Below, piece by piece: positions 11,597-25,590 of a DNA stretch of 34,323 nt (positions are counted from its first letter, which is position 1; the number at the start of each line of letters is the position of its first letter). The position numbers were made by a program, and so were the translations under genes. The notes beneath the pieces are model-generated. The model was not told the origin of the DNA. It did no database searches and saw nothing but the letters and a program-made list of their open reading frames with translations. Source of the stretch: Batkoa obscura (taxonomy: Eukaryota); NCBI GenBank assembly GCA_030770535.1, contig JASVEC010000188.1:1-34323 (forward strand), given 5' to 3'.

Positions 11597-12423
11597 ATGG
11601 CACAAAAAAAGAATAAAAAGAAAACCCCGTTGAAATCTAAATTAATATTAACTAGTATCAATGAAAATGAAGAACTCATCAATTCCTCTGAAGAGTCCAC
11701 ACCGATTAAGTTAGATGAATTAAATAGTCCAATTGAAATGGATAATGATACTGTAAGATTTATTTAGATAGTAGATTTTTAGAAATGGGATTAATGAAAT
11801 AATACAAAAAAGGATATAAAAAAGATAGGATTGAATGTTTTAGGAATCAAAAGAACTGGGGGGTTAATTTCTGATTCTCATTTAAAAGAAGAAATAACTC
11901 GAATTGAACCAGAATCAGATAATTCAGAATCAAAATCACAAGGTGAATGGAGCGTTGCAGCAGATACATTACTATTTAAATGTATAGCTAATAATAAACC
12001 AGCTGGTAATGGAAATTCGAAATTATTTACTTAATTCATAAATGAAGACATTATGAATGGAATATTAAACTTAAAATTGTTTTAGGTTTACACAAACATT
12101 TTCGAATGGCGAATATTTGTTATTTATTTAATAAAAATAATGCGCATCCAAAAACAAATTTAGAAATTTGGGAGCGATTGAATGAATTATATGATATGCA
12201 AGCAGTGGACGAAATTGTAAGTCTATTAATTGAATCTCTTTATTTAATGGGAATATCAATAAACGAAGGTTCATTTTTTTATTTTTTTATTTTTTAGGAA
12301 TTGAAAGAACCAGATGAATGGAGTTGTAAATTGGGAAATCATATTGATCTATCAAAACAAATTGAATTTGAGTTACCGCCTCAGTTTAAGGAGTTGATGA
12401 ATAAGAAATTCAAACAAAAATAA
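11597..12423 (+). CDS. EAF7: NuA4 complex subunit Eaf7/MRGBP (CT20 family), 4 exons; first intron acceptor ambiguous
   Basis: Splicing gives EWSVAADTLLFKCIANNKPAG|LHKHFRMANIC...EIWERLNELYDMQAVDEI|...EFELP, matching the Eaf7 pattern W...LF...KPxGxHKHFRM...IWxxLxxxYD...F.LP. Stop at 12421-12423. Confidence 0.85.
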
Positions 12424-12770
12424 GAATGAAGATTAATATATATATATTGCTGAGTTAATTATTAAAATAAAATATAAATTGTTTTTTTTATTGCAAAGGT
12501 TACTTTATGTTTGAGTAAAGTTGATGCATTGCAATCTATTATGTTATTCCTATCTAATAGTTGGACTATCTTTTTATTCATTTAGTGTGATTAGTTGATT
12601 TTCATAAAAATAATGTTTAAATTATTTATGTAATTATCTTTTTTTTGGCAATACTATAATTTTCCAACTTTATACAACTCTTCAAATTTAATAAGAATAA
12701 TAGTAATGATTCGTATTAATAACAAAAATATATTATATTTCAATAATATTATTTTTTTTACATGTTTCAA

Positions 12771-12880
12771 TATATGAGGATGTATTTTTGTGTCTAAGAA
12801 TTTACTAGCGATTTTTCCACTCAAATAACACTTGGAAGGTGGAAAAAAAAGTAATGAAGCCAAAAAAACATCCCCATATA
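12771..12880 (+). mobile_element. ~105-bp MITE-like foldback repeat, copy 5
   Basis: TATATGAGGATGTATTTTTGTGTCTAAGAATTTACTAGCGATTTTTCCACTCAAATAACACTTGGAAGGTGG(A)nGTAATGAAGCCAAAAAAACATCCCCATATA. It lies between the convergent 3' ends of EAF7 and the AKR gene. Confidence 0.85.
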
Positions 12881-12966
12881 ACAAAAATAAACTAGTTTAA
12901 TATAATTGAAGTTTATTGAATTTATTGAATTTATTTCATATAATTTTATTTTTTTGCATCATCTTT

Positions 12967-14277
<1,311 letters not shown>

Positions 14278-14894
14278 AATTGTTAAAATGAAAACAAATA
14301 AAAAGATAAACAATTTTTAAAATGTTAAAAAGATCCAAGTTTTCTCAAAGTCGTCATTGATTTATGCAGTTTTTTTTGAGCATTGAATACTAATTAAGAC
14401 TAGAAATTTGATTCTTTGAAATGGAAATATTAAAATTTTTTAGATTTCTAAAACTTTCATATTGAAATTTAATAAACTTCATTCTAAATAAGTTATTATT
14501 ATTATCTCTGTTCATTTTTTCTGTTTTCAACTTTTTATTAACATTTATTTATTTTTATTAGAAACTAGCATTTATTAATAAAAAATATTTAATTTAATTT
14601 AATTGAAATAAAATAGTTATTAGTGGAATTTTTGTAATAAATTATTATTTTTTATTTATATAAAATAATATGACAATTAATTTAATAGCTAATAAAATAC
14701 TCATTGATTTACAGTCTATTAAAAAATAAACAAAATAGATAAATTCATTCTAATTTTCAAAACTTATTATGTAAACTAAAAATTATTAGTAATGATTTGA
14801 TTTATGTTTATTCCTTTATAAAATTAATAAACTTTAAATCTTATAAAGAATCTTATCTTTAATTTTTAATTTCAAAATTATCTTTTTCCAATAT

Positions 14895-15628
14895 TCATTT
14901 TTGCTCTAATTCGACTAAGACACCACCGCAATCTTTAGGATGTAAAAAGATTACTGGTTTACCGTGAGCTCCAATTTTAGGCTTTTTATCTAATGATCGA
15001 ATATTTTGAGATGTAAGATCTTGTAATGCTTTGAATACGTCATCCACCTAAAAAATCAATTTTATTAATTACTTCTTTTTATTTGTTAATAACTAATAAT
15101 TTAATATACTCTTTATTTTAAAACTTACTTCAATACAAATATGATGAATTCCACCACTTTGATTCTTATTTAAAAAGTTTTGAATTGGTGAATTTTCTCC
15201 GTATGGATGTAACAATTCAATTTTAGTATTACCTAAATTAACAAATACAGTATAAACTCCATGATCTGGAAGTGCCTAATTATTTAGAAATTAAATGATT
15301 AATTTAATTTATTTTTTTTGATAATTGAAATTAAAATGTTAATATTAATATTAATACTAATATTACTTCTTTTGAGCTAACTTCAGCTCCTAATATATCT
15401 TTATAAAATCGAGTACTGGCTTCAATATCAGGTACCGCAATGGCTACATGATTCAATCGTCCTAATTGCCAAATCTAAATTCCTTAAATCTTACTCAAAA
15501 TTTATAGCACTGTAAATTACCTTGCTTTTAACTCCATCTAATGTTTTAGCTGAATATTTACAAGTGTTTACAACTTGACAATTGAAAACATTCTTTTTCA
15601 TTATATTTTTTCCAAGTTGAAATAGCAT
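14895..15628 (-). CDS. MCEE: Methylmalonyl-CoA epimerase (VOC/glyoxalase superfamily), probable mitochondrial presequence, 4 exons; absent from ORF track
   Basis: Manual splicing: MLFQLGKNIMKK...VKSK|IWQLGRLNHVAIAVPDIEASTRFYKDILGAEVSSKE|ALPDHGVYTVFVNLGNTKIELLHPYGENSPIQNFLNKNQSGGIHHICIE|VDDVFKALQDL...KPKIGAHGKPVIFLHPKDCGGVLVELEQK*. These motifs closely match MCEE. Confidence 0.95.
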
Positions 15629-15807
15629 TTTATATTTTATTTTTAATTAAACAAATGTTCATAAAATAAATTTTCGATCAAATTTAACTAAAACAATATG
15701 TAAATTTAATTGGCTACGTTTTATGATGAGGTCACCACCACTCATAAGAAAAAAAATTACAAATTTAAAGCATACAATAAAATTTATTTTCAAATATAAA
15801 AGATTAT

Positions 15808-17915
15808 TTAATTCGATAAGTTATTTGGAGTATTTAAAAGATTAGGAGGTTGAATGCCTTTTGATTTATAAAACTCCATAGTGTTTTTAGCTATTTTAGC
15901 TAAATTATTGGGCTCAATACCAAAATGTTTATATACTTCTTTGTAATCTCCAGACATACCAAAAGTAGTCATGCCTAAAGAAGCATGGGCATATTTAGAC
16001 CATCCAAAAGTAGATAAAGCTTCACAACTAACTATTGGTATATTATTTAAAAATACGCTTTGTTTATATTCATTATCTTGCTCTTCAAATAATTCAAAAC
16101 ATGGCATGGAAACTACTCTACAAGATATATTTTCTTTCTTTAATAATTCATGAGCATCAACAGCAATTGAAACTTCTGATCCAGTAGCAACTAATATAAC
16201 TTCTGGTTTATCAGAGTCTTTTAATACATAAGCACCTTTTAAAGCTAATTTATAAGAGGAATTTTCAAGGGTTGGTACTTTTTGCCTTGATAAACAAAGT
16301 ACAGTTGGGCTATGTTCATGAGTAAAAGCACTATAATAAGCAGCAGATACTTCATTACCATCTGCTGGACGTTGAACATAAACATTGGGTGTTGCTCTTA
16401 ATAAAGCTAAAGTTTCGATTGGTTGATGGGTTGGACCATCTTCACCTAATCCAATTGAATCATGTGTCATTATATAAAGCACTCGGAAATTGGAAAGGGC
16501 TGATAATCTAAAAGCACCAAGGCCATAACTTAAAAAGTTAAGAAAAGTAGCACAAAAAGGTATTAAACTACCATGAGCTGCTATACCGTTAGATATAGCA
16601 AACATAGCATGTTCTCTAACGCCATATCGAATATATCTACCATCATAACCTGTATTTTTATCTTTAGTTGGAAAGAAATCTTTAGCTTCTTTCCATCTTG
16701 TTAAGTTAGATGGTGTTAAATCCGCAGAGCCACCAATAAGCTCAGTAAAAATAGAAGATATTGAATTAAGTACTTCATTTGAACAATTTCTAGTGGCAAG
16801 CATCTCTCCAACCTTTTTAAATTGAGGTAAGGATTCCTCCCAGTTTTCAGGAAGCTTATTGGATACTCTTCTTTTAAAATCTTCAGCTAACTCTGGGTAT
16901 TTTTGAGAGTATTCAGTTAATTTGTTATTCCATTCCTCTTCAGCTTTGATTCCTTTCTTTTCAACTTCTTTCCAAAGTTCAGAAACTTCTTGAGAGATAT
17001 GGAATTTTTTACTTACATCAAATCCAAGCTTCGATTTGATACTATTAATTCCCTCATCACCAAAAGCATTACTATGTACATCAGCAGTACCAGCTTTTTC
17101 AGCACCAAACCCAATAGTGGTACGAATTCTTATCAAAGTTGGTTTATCAGTAATATTTTTTGCTTTCTTGATACACTCTCTAATACCTTCAAAGTCAGTA
17201 TCCCCTTTTTCTACTGAAAGTACATGCCAGCCATAAGATTTATATCTCATTTCAATATCTTCATGGAAAGAGAGATCCGTACTACCATCAATAGTCACTT
17301 TGTTATCATCATAGAAAGCAATTAATTTGCCCAATTTTAATCTGCCAGCAAGTGAACAAGCTTCACTAGAAATACCTTCCATCATACATCCATCGCCAAG
17401 AATACAATAGGTATAATGGTCAACAATTGAGATATCCTTTTTATTGAAAGTCTCAGCTAAATTGGCTTCAGCAAGAGCCAAACCAACTGCATTAGCAATA
17501 CCTTGTCCAAGCGGTCCAGTAGTTACTTCAATACCTTCAGTGAGATGGGATTCTGGATGACCTGGTGTTTTACTATTTAATTTTCTTAAACTTTTAAGGT
17601 CTTCTATACTCATATTCCCGCCTGACAAGTGTAGCATAGCATATTGTAAAGCACAGGCATGTCCATTAGAAAGTACAAATCGATCTCTGTTGATCTAAAA
17701 TATTATTAGTTTTATAAATGATTGAAATTGATTAGAATTACCCATTTGGAATTTTTTGGATTATAGTTCATCGCTTCGGAATAAAGGATATGGGCTATTG
17801 GAGCACATCCCATTGGAGCACCTGGATGCCCACTTCCTGCTTCTTCAACCATGTCCGCACATAATACTCGAATAGTATTAACTGATAACAATTCAACTCC
17901 TTTATTGAAACCCAT
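15808..17915 (-). CDS. TKL1: Transketolase, 2 exons
   Basis: [44 protein letters not shown] (TPP binding), [36 protein letters not shown]. Intron at 17695-17741. Confidence 0.97.
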
Positions 17916-19440
17916 TTTATTATTTATTTAAAATTGTACACATTATTTGATTTATATACTTTTTGCTTTATTCAATGACGCAAGCTTTACTTTGATTTCC
18001 CTATTTTTTATTTTCATAGTTTACTGATTGAAGTCATAATATATCATTATTTGTGTTTTATGACTTAAAGATTAAAATAATTATTAAAATAAAAAGTATC
18101 TCTTGTTTGATTTAATGCGTATAAACAACCTAAAGTAACAATCTTCAAACATATTTGAACTTATTGTGTGAGCATTTTGTGTTTATCAAAACAATTTGTT
18201 TAAAATATTTACTAAATTAAGCAATATAATATTGAGTGCATTTATTAATACCAAAATTTTAAAATTCAAACAAATCAATGCAACAATTATTTATTAGTAC
18301 AAGATATTAAAGTTTTTATTTAAGGCAATATAAAGTGAATAGAAATATTTTATTGCTATCTGAATCGTCAAAATTGTATAGTAATATGATGTTTCTAAGA
18401 ATAACCTCAATTAAATTCTAAATGATAAGAATAATTAGTCTGAAAACTTATTCAAATTAATACTAGATGGTGGAAGTAGTTTTAAAGCTACTTCAATAAA
18501 ATAGGATGATACTTTCTATTTCTTCTATTTAATATGTATGTCACTTAAATTTGAGGAGTGTTGAATATCTATTTACAATTTCAATTCTTTTTATTAAGTC
18601 TTTAACATCACCTATCATTTTCCCACGCTTCTAATTTTTCAATTTTTTGTTCTTTATCTGGACAAGGCGGAAAATAAATCAAACTATTTAAAATTTGTCC
18701 ATCTCAAAAATAAAGTATATTCTTTGCTTCCTCTTATTTACACATCCCTCCTTTTCATTTACTACATATATTCTTTAAATACTCATTTGATAATAAAAAT
18801 TTGATTTTTCCATTCTTGTAAGTCAACTGGGTACCAATTGGTCCCTTTCAAATTATAAAAGAAATAGAAACTTTTAACCTTTAGCTTTTATATTAGCTAT
18901 AAACAATTGGTATCATGGTCTGATATATTATAATATAAAATACATATCTATTATTTAAAGAAAGTTTCTATAATATAATAATAATAAATATTAGTATTTA
19001 GCGCTTTGAAGAACCAACGTTATGACCTTGACTAAAAATTGAAAATGATATCACAGCATAATTGAGCAACAAAGCCTTAGATCACACCACATCATGTGTG
19101 AGTTTTAAAACCTGTCTTTTTTTTAAACACTGAATTAAAATTATCCGTTAAATTAAAAATTTCAGATTACTAATAATTTATACAATTTTACAAGGCCTTA
19201 AAACAATAGAAAAATTATAAAAATTTAAAGGTCAACAATCTCTATTTTCACTTTTTGATAGTTTATTCATCTCTCTTCATTATCATTTCTACTCGATCTA
19301 GCAACTAAAAGTGTTTTATTAATTAATTTATTTCCATTTATAGAATAGTCTTGAAAATCAACAAAGATATTAAGTGGTCATTGTTTGTAATTGGAAAATA
19401 GTTTTTTAATTTCTTTAATTTTTTGTAAATATTTATTTTG

Positions 19441-22400
19441 ATGAGTGAGGAATCTCCGATATCAAGTTCACCCTTTTCTAGATTAAGACCTAGTAAAATA
19501 GGTACCAACTCAACCACACAATCTTCAACAAGTTCGCCATATGATTCTAGGTTACAAAAAGCCTCATTAAGCTCCACATTAAATGAGGGTGTCCAGGAGC
19601 ATGAAAATAAGAGGTAATATATTCAAGATAAATGAACGAAGTAGAAAATCAGAACATTTAATAGATTATAAACTAATTTTAAGATCTTTGACTTATAATT
19701 CTTTTTTAGAGAAACTTCAAAGGCGCTTCCACAAGCTCCTAATAATAATGCGTACGGTTTAAACCTAAACAATTTTGAAAAAAAAGATATTCAATCTGAA
19801 ACAACTCCACTTCAAGACTTATTTGGTATAAAAAATGAAACAAATAGTCCTAAAGCAATAGTTGGCGACAAAAATGTTAGTACCCCAAGAATAATAACTT
19901 CAATGGCAAGTAAACAAAATCTCAACAGTGAACAAGAAATAGAGCAAACTAATGAAGAAAGAAACCAAATGACTGTTCAAACAGCAATAACAGATTTTGA
20001 AATGCCATTACCAGCAAGAACGAAATTATTAAATAATAATTTACCACCTTCACCAGAACCCGAAAATACACGATTAAGAAAGATCTTATTATTTTTTAAA
20101 AAAGGAAGACATTCTATCAATCCAATTATATTTAAAAGAATTGTAAAGTCATCAATTTCTTTCTTTTTAGCTACTTTATTGGTTATCATTGACCCAGTTC
20201 GAAATGTCTTAGGTAATGGCTCCTATACTGCCATTATTGCTACCATTATCTTTGATTCTTGTAAGACAGTTGGTGCCCAATTAGAAAGTACATTATTGAC
20301 TTGTATATGTTCTTTAATCGGACTATTAATTTATATAACAGCCTTTGGGTTTTATATCCTATTTAACAAGAATAATGTAATTAGAGATAACGATAATAGT
20401 GTGATACTTGATGGATCTTTTATACTTGCTTTGTTTCTTTATACTTATATGTTTACATCCGGTATCATTAAAACAAAGTTTCCAAAATTAACTGGGCCTA
20501 TTACTTTACTCAATGTGATCATGTTGATTAGTCTTACACAAATTCCATTTGGTGCAGATACTTTTACACTTAATATCTTTGGTTTAATTTTATCACCATC
20601 TTTGATAGGTGTAGGTATTAGTACTTTCGTTAATGTCGCTTTATGGCCTGAATCAGCTTCTCAAGATCTTGGTGATTCACTTGTACTTACTTTGGAGTCA
20701 CTTCATTCAACTTTAAACTTACTTTCAGATAGTTTTCTTTTAAAAGATGATACTTTAAGCATAACACCCCATGATTTAGAGATACTTCATTCACGTTCAA
20801 TTACTGCTGTTACTGCATTAGTAAAGGCTGGTAGAGAAGCAAGATATGAGTATGCTTATTCTATCCATCCACCAAATGATTATAAAACATTGATCAATCT
20901 ATCACTTTTATTACAACAACATTTAGGTGGTCTTAATTTAGCTGTACAAAGACAAAGACAATTACTTAGTTTGAGGAAAACAGATAGTGAAGATATTAGT
21001 CCAGTAACTACAAGAAGTAATTCACCTACAGAAATAAAAGCATTTTCACTACCACCATCTCCATCTGCTCTTAGTTTAAGTAAATTAGGTGGTGAAATTA
21101 TGCCCATCGTTCCTGAGATAGATCCAATACTAGCAAGGGACTTGATCCATGATATATTACATATCGTAAGCGCACCTTTAGCTAAAATGAGTGAAGTGTG
21201 TTCTGAAGCTATTGGATTAGCAAAAGAACTGTTAATAAACGAAAGTGAAATAAAAGCAAAAATGGAAGAAGAAAAACCAAAGCATTGTTGCCATTGTGCA
21301 GCTTTAAAAGAGTTTTCAGAAGAAGAATGTCCACATAATCTCCAAAATGAAAAGAGTAAAAAACCAGAAGATTTGAAAGATATGATTGCTAAATTAAAGG
21401 AAGCCATAGTGGAATTTGAACTTGCAGAAGGAAGATGTCTCAAGTTGATTCATAAACAAGTGCTTTTCACACCTCATTTACATGCTCCATTTCCAGAGCC
21501 TATGCTTGTTGTATTTTCAGGTATTTTTTCTATTCGAGAGTTTTCTAAGTCTATCACAAACTTTTTGGAAAAAGAAGAAATCTTTTTATCATTAAGACCA
21601 TATGTAAGCAAACGATCTGGATTTTTGGGCACTGGTCCATCTACTCTATCAAAACAAAAAAGATGGTGGAGACCAAATATTACATGGGCAAAATGGTTAA
21701 AAGGGAACAGATTATCAGAGGATCCTCAACAGTATGAATCAAACGATACTACTGATAACCCCCTTAAGGATGCTAATTCAGAATATGAAAAAAACAAGAA
21801 AGGTAATTATTATTTTTTTAGTTTAAACTTAACTAAATATGAAATAGAAGCTGAAAAGGAAGATGATGAACATATAAACGACCCTATAGCATTACCAGCT
21901 CAACAATGGACCAAACCAGAATATCATACAAGGAATGCATTTAAGAACACTTCTGAACCTAGTAAATTTAAAAAAATTACCACTAGCCTTCGATTTAAAC
22001 TATGGAAAGCATCCCAAGCGCTTAACACATTTAAGGTAAAATTTGCAGTCAAATTAGTCTTAGTGGTGATCCTACTATCTTTTCCAGCATACGTCCCAAA
22101 GTTTTCATCATATTATACGTCAGTCCGAGGCCCATGGGGTGCCATTGCAGCTATGTTGATTATGAATCAAACCATTGGAGGTACTCTAAAGTTAGGTATC
22201 ATTCGTTTAATTGGTACAATCATAGGTGCTATATGGGGCTATCTAACCTTTTTGGTAAGCAATAACATACAGAACGTTTATTTGGTTGTAATTATGATTT
22301 GGATTTATGCAGCACCAAGTTGGTATTTCATTGTTACTACAAGTTATTCTAGGATCGGGTTTAATGGATTAATTGCATATGTGGTTATTCTATTTGTAAG

Positions 22401-23319
22401 CTATAAAAGCACTAAATTAGATGAAGTTTTAATTATTGCTGTTCTTCGTACAGCAAGTGTTGTTGTTGGTTTAATTGTGTCTATGATTGTTAGCTCAACT
22501 ATTTGGCCATTTTCAGCAAGAAGAGAGCTAAGAAAGTTAATTGCTTCTTTGTTAGCTGATATGGGTATGAGTTTTGGTAAAGTAGCAGCATTATGCATGT
22601 CATCCAATACAACTACTGAATGGAAGGAATTACAATCTCAAATTAATTTATGTAATCGGAAGTTACAGAAACGAATACTTTCAGCTAAAAGTTTACATTT
22701 ATTTGCATTAGATGAGCCTAGACTTAAAGGTCCATTCCAAGCACCAGTTTATTCTGAACAAATTCGTATTTTACAAGATGTTTTGGATCAACTTGTTGCT
22801 ATGACTGGAGCTGTATCTCAACTCACTCCTGATGTCCAAAAAACAGTCATTTTTCCATTTAATTCTTATCGTAAATTCATGGTTTCTTCTGTTATTTTAT
22901 ATTTCTATGTGCTCTCTGGGGCTTTACGTTCTAAAATGCCACTACCACCTTATCCTCCTCCAATTCATGCCATACGTTATCAGTTGATGTTAAAAACCAG
23001 ATCTGCCTTGATAAAGAAGTTCAAAAAAAATAGCTATAATACTTTACCACTCCACAAATCAATATTAGAGCGTTCTGATGAATTTAAAAATGAGGTTGTT
23101 GGGTCCCATTTAGAGTTAAATACTACAATTAATTTTGATCAAAAAAATTTACATGAAGAATTTAATCATATATATTGGTATACATATATGGCTGGGTTAG
23201 TAAGATTATTTGAAGATGTTGAGTTATTAGGCCATAATATTGCTGGGTTAGTGGGAGAGATTTCAATACCAGTTAAAGAACATATAGTTACTTTTTCAGA
23301 TGATGAAGATGATGACTAA
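19441..23319 (+). CDS. Large integral membrane protein of the ALMT/FUSC/aromatic-acid-exporter (ArAE) type
   Basis: Two hydrophobic blocks: one ending ...VNVALWPESA, the other FAVKLVLVV...RGPWGAIA...TIGGTLKLGIIRLIGTIIGAIWGY...IWPFSARRELRK, followed by EPRLKGPF and LSGALRSKMPLP. This is typical of fungal ArAE_2/FUSC_2 proteins. An upstream exon from ATG 19441 joins in frame via intron 19614-19709, and a probable in-frame intron lies at 21803-21847. Confidence 0.85.
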
Positions 23320-23899
23320 GATTACTTTTATGTAATTAGTTTTATTATTGGTTTTGTCAACTTATTATTTTTTACCTATATTGATAAAACGAGCAACACG
23401 TTTGGAATATTTTGATATTTTTCATAATCTACAGACAAATATCAAAACTTAGTTTTATAATCTATAGCTTTTGTTTTTGGTTATTTAATGTTAATACAAT
23501 TACACGAAGTTGATATGGTGTATCTGTGGGTGTTTTCTAAGTTAAAATATTGGGTTGTGTGATTTTTCATTACACGTTTTTAAAATTGAAAATTTTTTAA
23601 AAATTTTGTTATTACTTTAATTACAATAGTTACTAATAAAATCTATGGCATTTTTATTTAATTAGTATAAATAAAAGTGTTCACTTTAAAACTAAGTGTT
23701 TTTTAATTTATTAAGGTTCTACTTTTATTCTTTAAAACCTTTATTATTTATAAAATAAGTATGATTTATATTATTTTATAATATAGAATTTGATCGTTAG
23801 TTGTTAGAGTTAAAAGCTAATACTTTACTTTAGTTAAATGGCTATAAATTAACAGGTCTTAGTTTATATAACTAAAATAAACAAAAAATATAAAAACAA

Positions 23900-24008
23900 T
23901 ATACGGGGATGTATTTTTGTATTTAAGAATTTTACTAACAATTTTTCCACTCAAATAACACTTAAAAAATGGAAAAAGTAGTGAAACCAAAAAAAACACC
24001 CCCGTATA
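23900..24008 (+). mobile_element. ~105-bp MITE-like foldback repeat, copy 6 (best-preserved termini)
   Basis: TATACGGGGATGTATTTTTG...CAAAAAAAACACCCCCGTATA, an imperfect ~20-bp terminal inverted repeat ending in TA on both sides. Confidence 0.88.
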
Positions 24009-24260
24009 AACAAACTACAGAATATGCAAAACTGATAAGAAATACAATTATATAAGTTATATAAGATACTTATATATATATATTAACAACTTTATTAAAA
24101 AGATGATTTTATAATTAACTTAAAAAAAAGATATTATATTAAAAAGTATTTTTATATTCCACATCAAAATATTATCTATAAAAATATAGCAACAGCTATA
24201 ATTGTATATTATGACTATTAGATGTATAGTAATGTATTTTCAAAAAAAATTAATTAACGA

Positions 24261-24359
24261 TTGGGGGTGTTTTTTTAGTTAATTTTTTTATTTTTTAAGC
24301 ACTATTTAAGTTGAAAGTTGTTAGTAAAATTCTTAAATACAAAAACATACCCCCATATA
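24261..24359 (-). mobile_element. ~105-bp MITE-like foldback repeat, copy 7
   Basis: Reverse complement TATATGGGGGTATGTTTTTGTATTTAAGAATTTTACTAACAACTTTCAACTTAAATAGTGCTTAAAA...AAAACACCCCCAA. Confidence 0.8.
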
Positions 24360-24370
24360 TTTGTCATTTA

Positions 24371-24468
24371 TAAATGAGGCTGTATTTTATTTAAGAATTT
24401 TACTAACAATCTTTCCACTTAAATAGTGTTTGAAAATGGAAAAATAATGAAACCAAAAAATATCTCCA
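24371..24468 (+). mobile_element. ~105-bp MITE-like foldback repeat, copy 8 (decayed)
   Basis: ATGAGGCTGTATTTTATTTAAGAATTTTACTAACAATCTTTCCACTTAAATAGTGTTTGAAAATGGAAAAATAATGAAACCAAAAAATATCTCCA. Confidence 0.78.
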
Positions 24469-25590
24469 ATGTTTTACAATATAAAATAAATACTAGGGAA
24501 TAAAAACTCATGTTTAAATTTAGCTTTATCTAAATAGTTGCTTTATACATTTTATTTTGTGAATAATAATAATCATTTGAAAGTAATAGTATTTCTCTTA
24601 AGCTTGTATTTAGGACTAGTCTAAACTTGGATAGATTTTTATTTAAAAAACTAATAAAATAATTCATATATGTAAATGGCTTTTTACTAGGAACTTTACT
24701 GGTGTTGGGTCCAATTTTGGGTGATAGTATTTTTGACATTTATATACATGTTTATTATTTAAAATCCTAGATTTATTTCATAATCCAGCTAAGCTGTTTA
24801 TGTCAGTTTTTGAATTTACCAGGCTTTTACTGCTAGAGTTACAACTTATTTTGAGTATTTATAAACATTATATTAACCCTCCATCTAGTTGATAAAATTG
24901 TTTATTCTATAATAGATGTTCAAAATGTCTTTTAGTGTTTTATTTTTAAGCATTTAGTATAAGATTTTCATCCCATCACAGCCATCTTGAGTAAATTTCA
25001 ATAAATCACCATAAAATTTATTTTATAATTGATGAAAGTAAATAAAATATAAAACCTTGATACAAAGTTGATCATTTTATTGTTGAACATACTAATTTTT
25101 ATAGTATTTAAATTTTTGGCCATTCATTTTTCTATTGTCAGAAATAATTTCAGTAATTCGCTAAATTGTCTTTTGAGATAGATATAGTGTGGTGAAAATT
25201 ATGTGGTTAAATGCTAATAAGATCTTTAAAACATAAATTTTCTTTCCTTCATCAACAGTCCATCACTTGGTGACAAATAATGTTTGCCACTAAGTAATGA
25301 AAATGGCATCCTTCTGTATTCTAAAACATGCCAAACGCTTTGACGATGTGCAAAATAAACTTTGTTTTATTAATACAAAATATAAAATGAAATAAACCAA
25401 TCACTTAATTCCACTTTCGACAAAATTAAAAACTCAACATAAATTGAAGCCAATAATAGCCTCCCAGAGGATTGTGAAGAACTAGAAAGATCAAGGTTAA
25501 TTGGCTATTCATAAAGGTAAAAAAGAAAACAATTTAAGGTGAAAAATAGAGATTTAATCTAAATAATCAAAATTGTCAACAAAATATAAA

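Noticed and set aside
12654..12884. ORF-track entries 12654-12884 and 34024-34212 with mutually similar peptides (FLAS..F)
   Set aside because: The similarity comes from translating the non-coding repeat; these are not genes.
18480..18850. Slightly GC-richer patches here and at ~7100-7530, ~8040-8470 and ~24500-25350 that may be decayed coding or transposon relics
   Set aside because: Frames are broken by stops and I could not recognise any protein family; a translated homology search would be needed.
20880..21443. 187-aa antisense ORF and other antisense ORFs over MOT1, PRS, TKL, the transporter and the kinase
   Set aside because: Shadow ORFs opposite well-supported genes, with no motifs.
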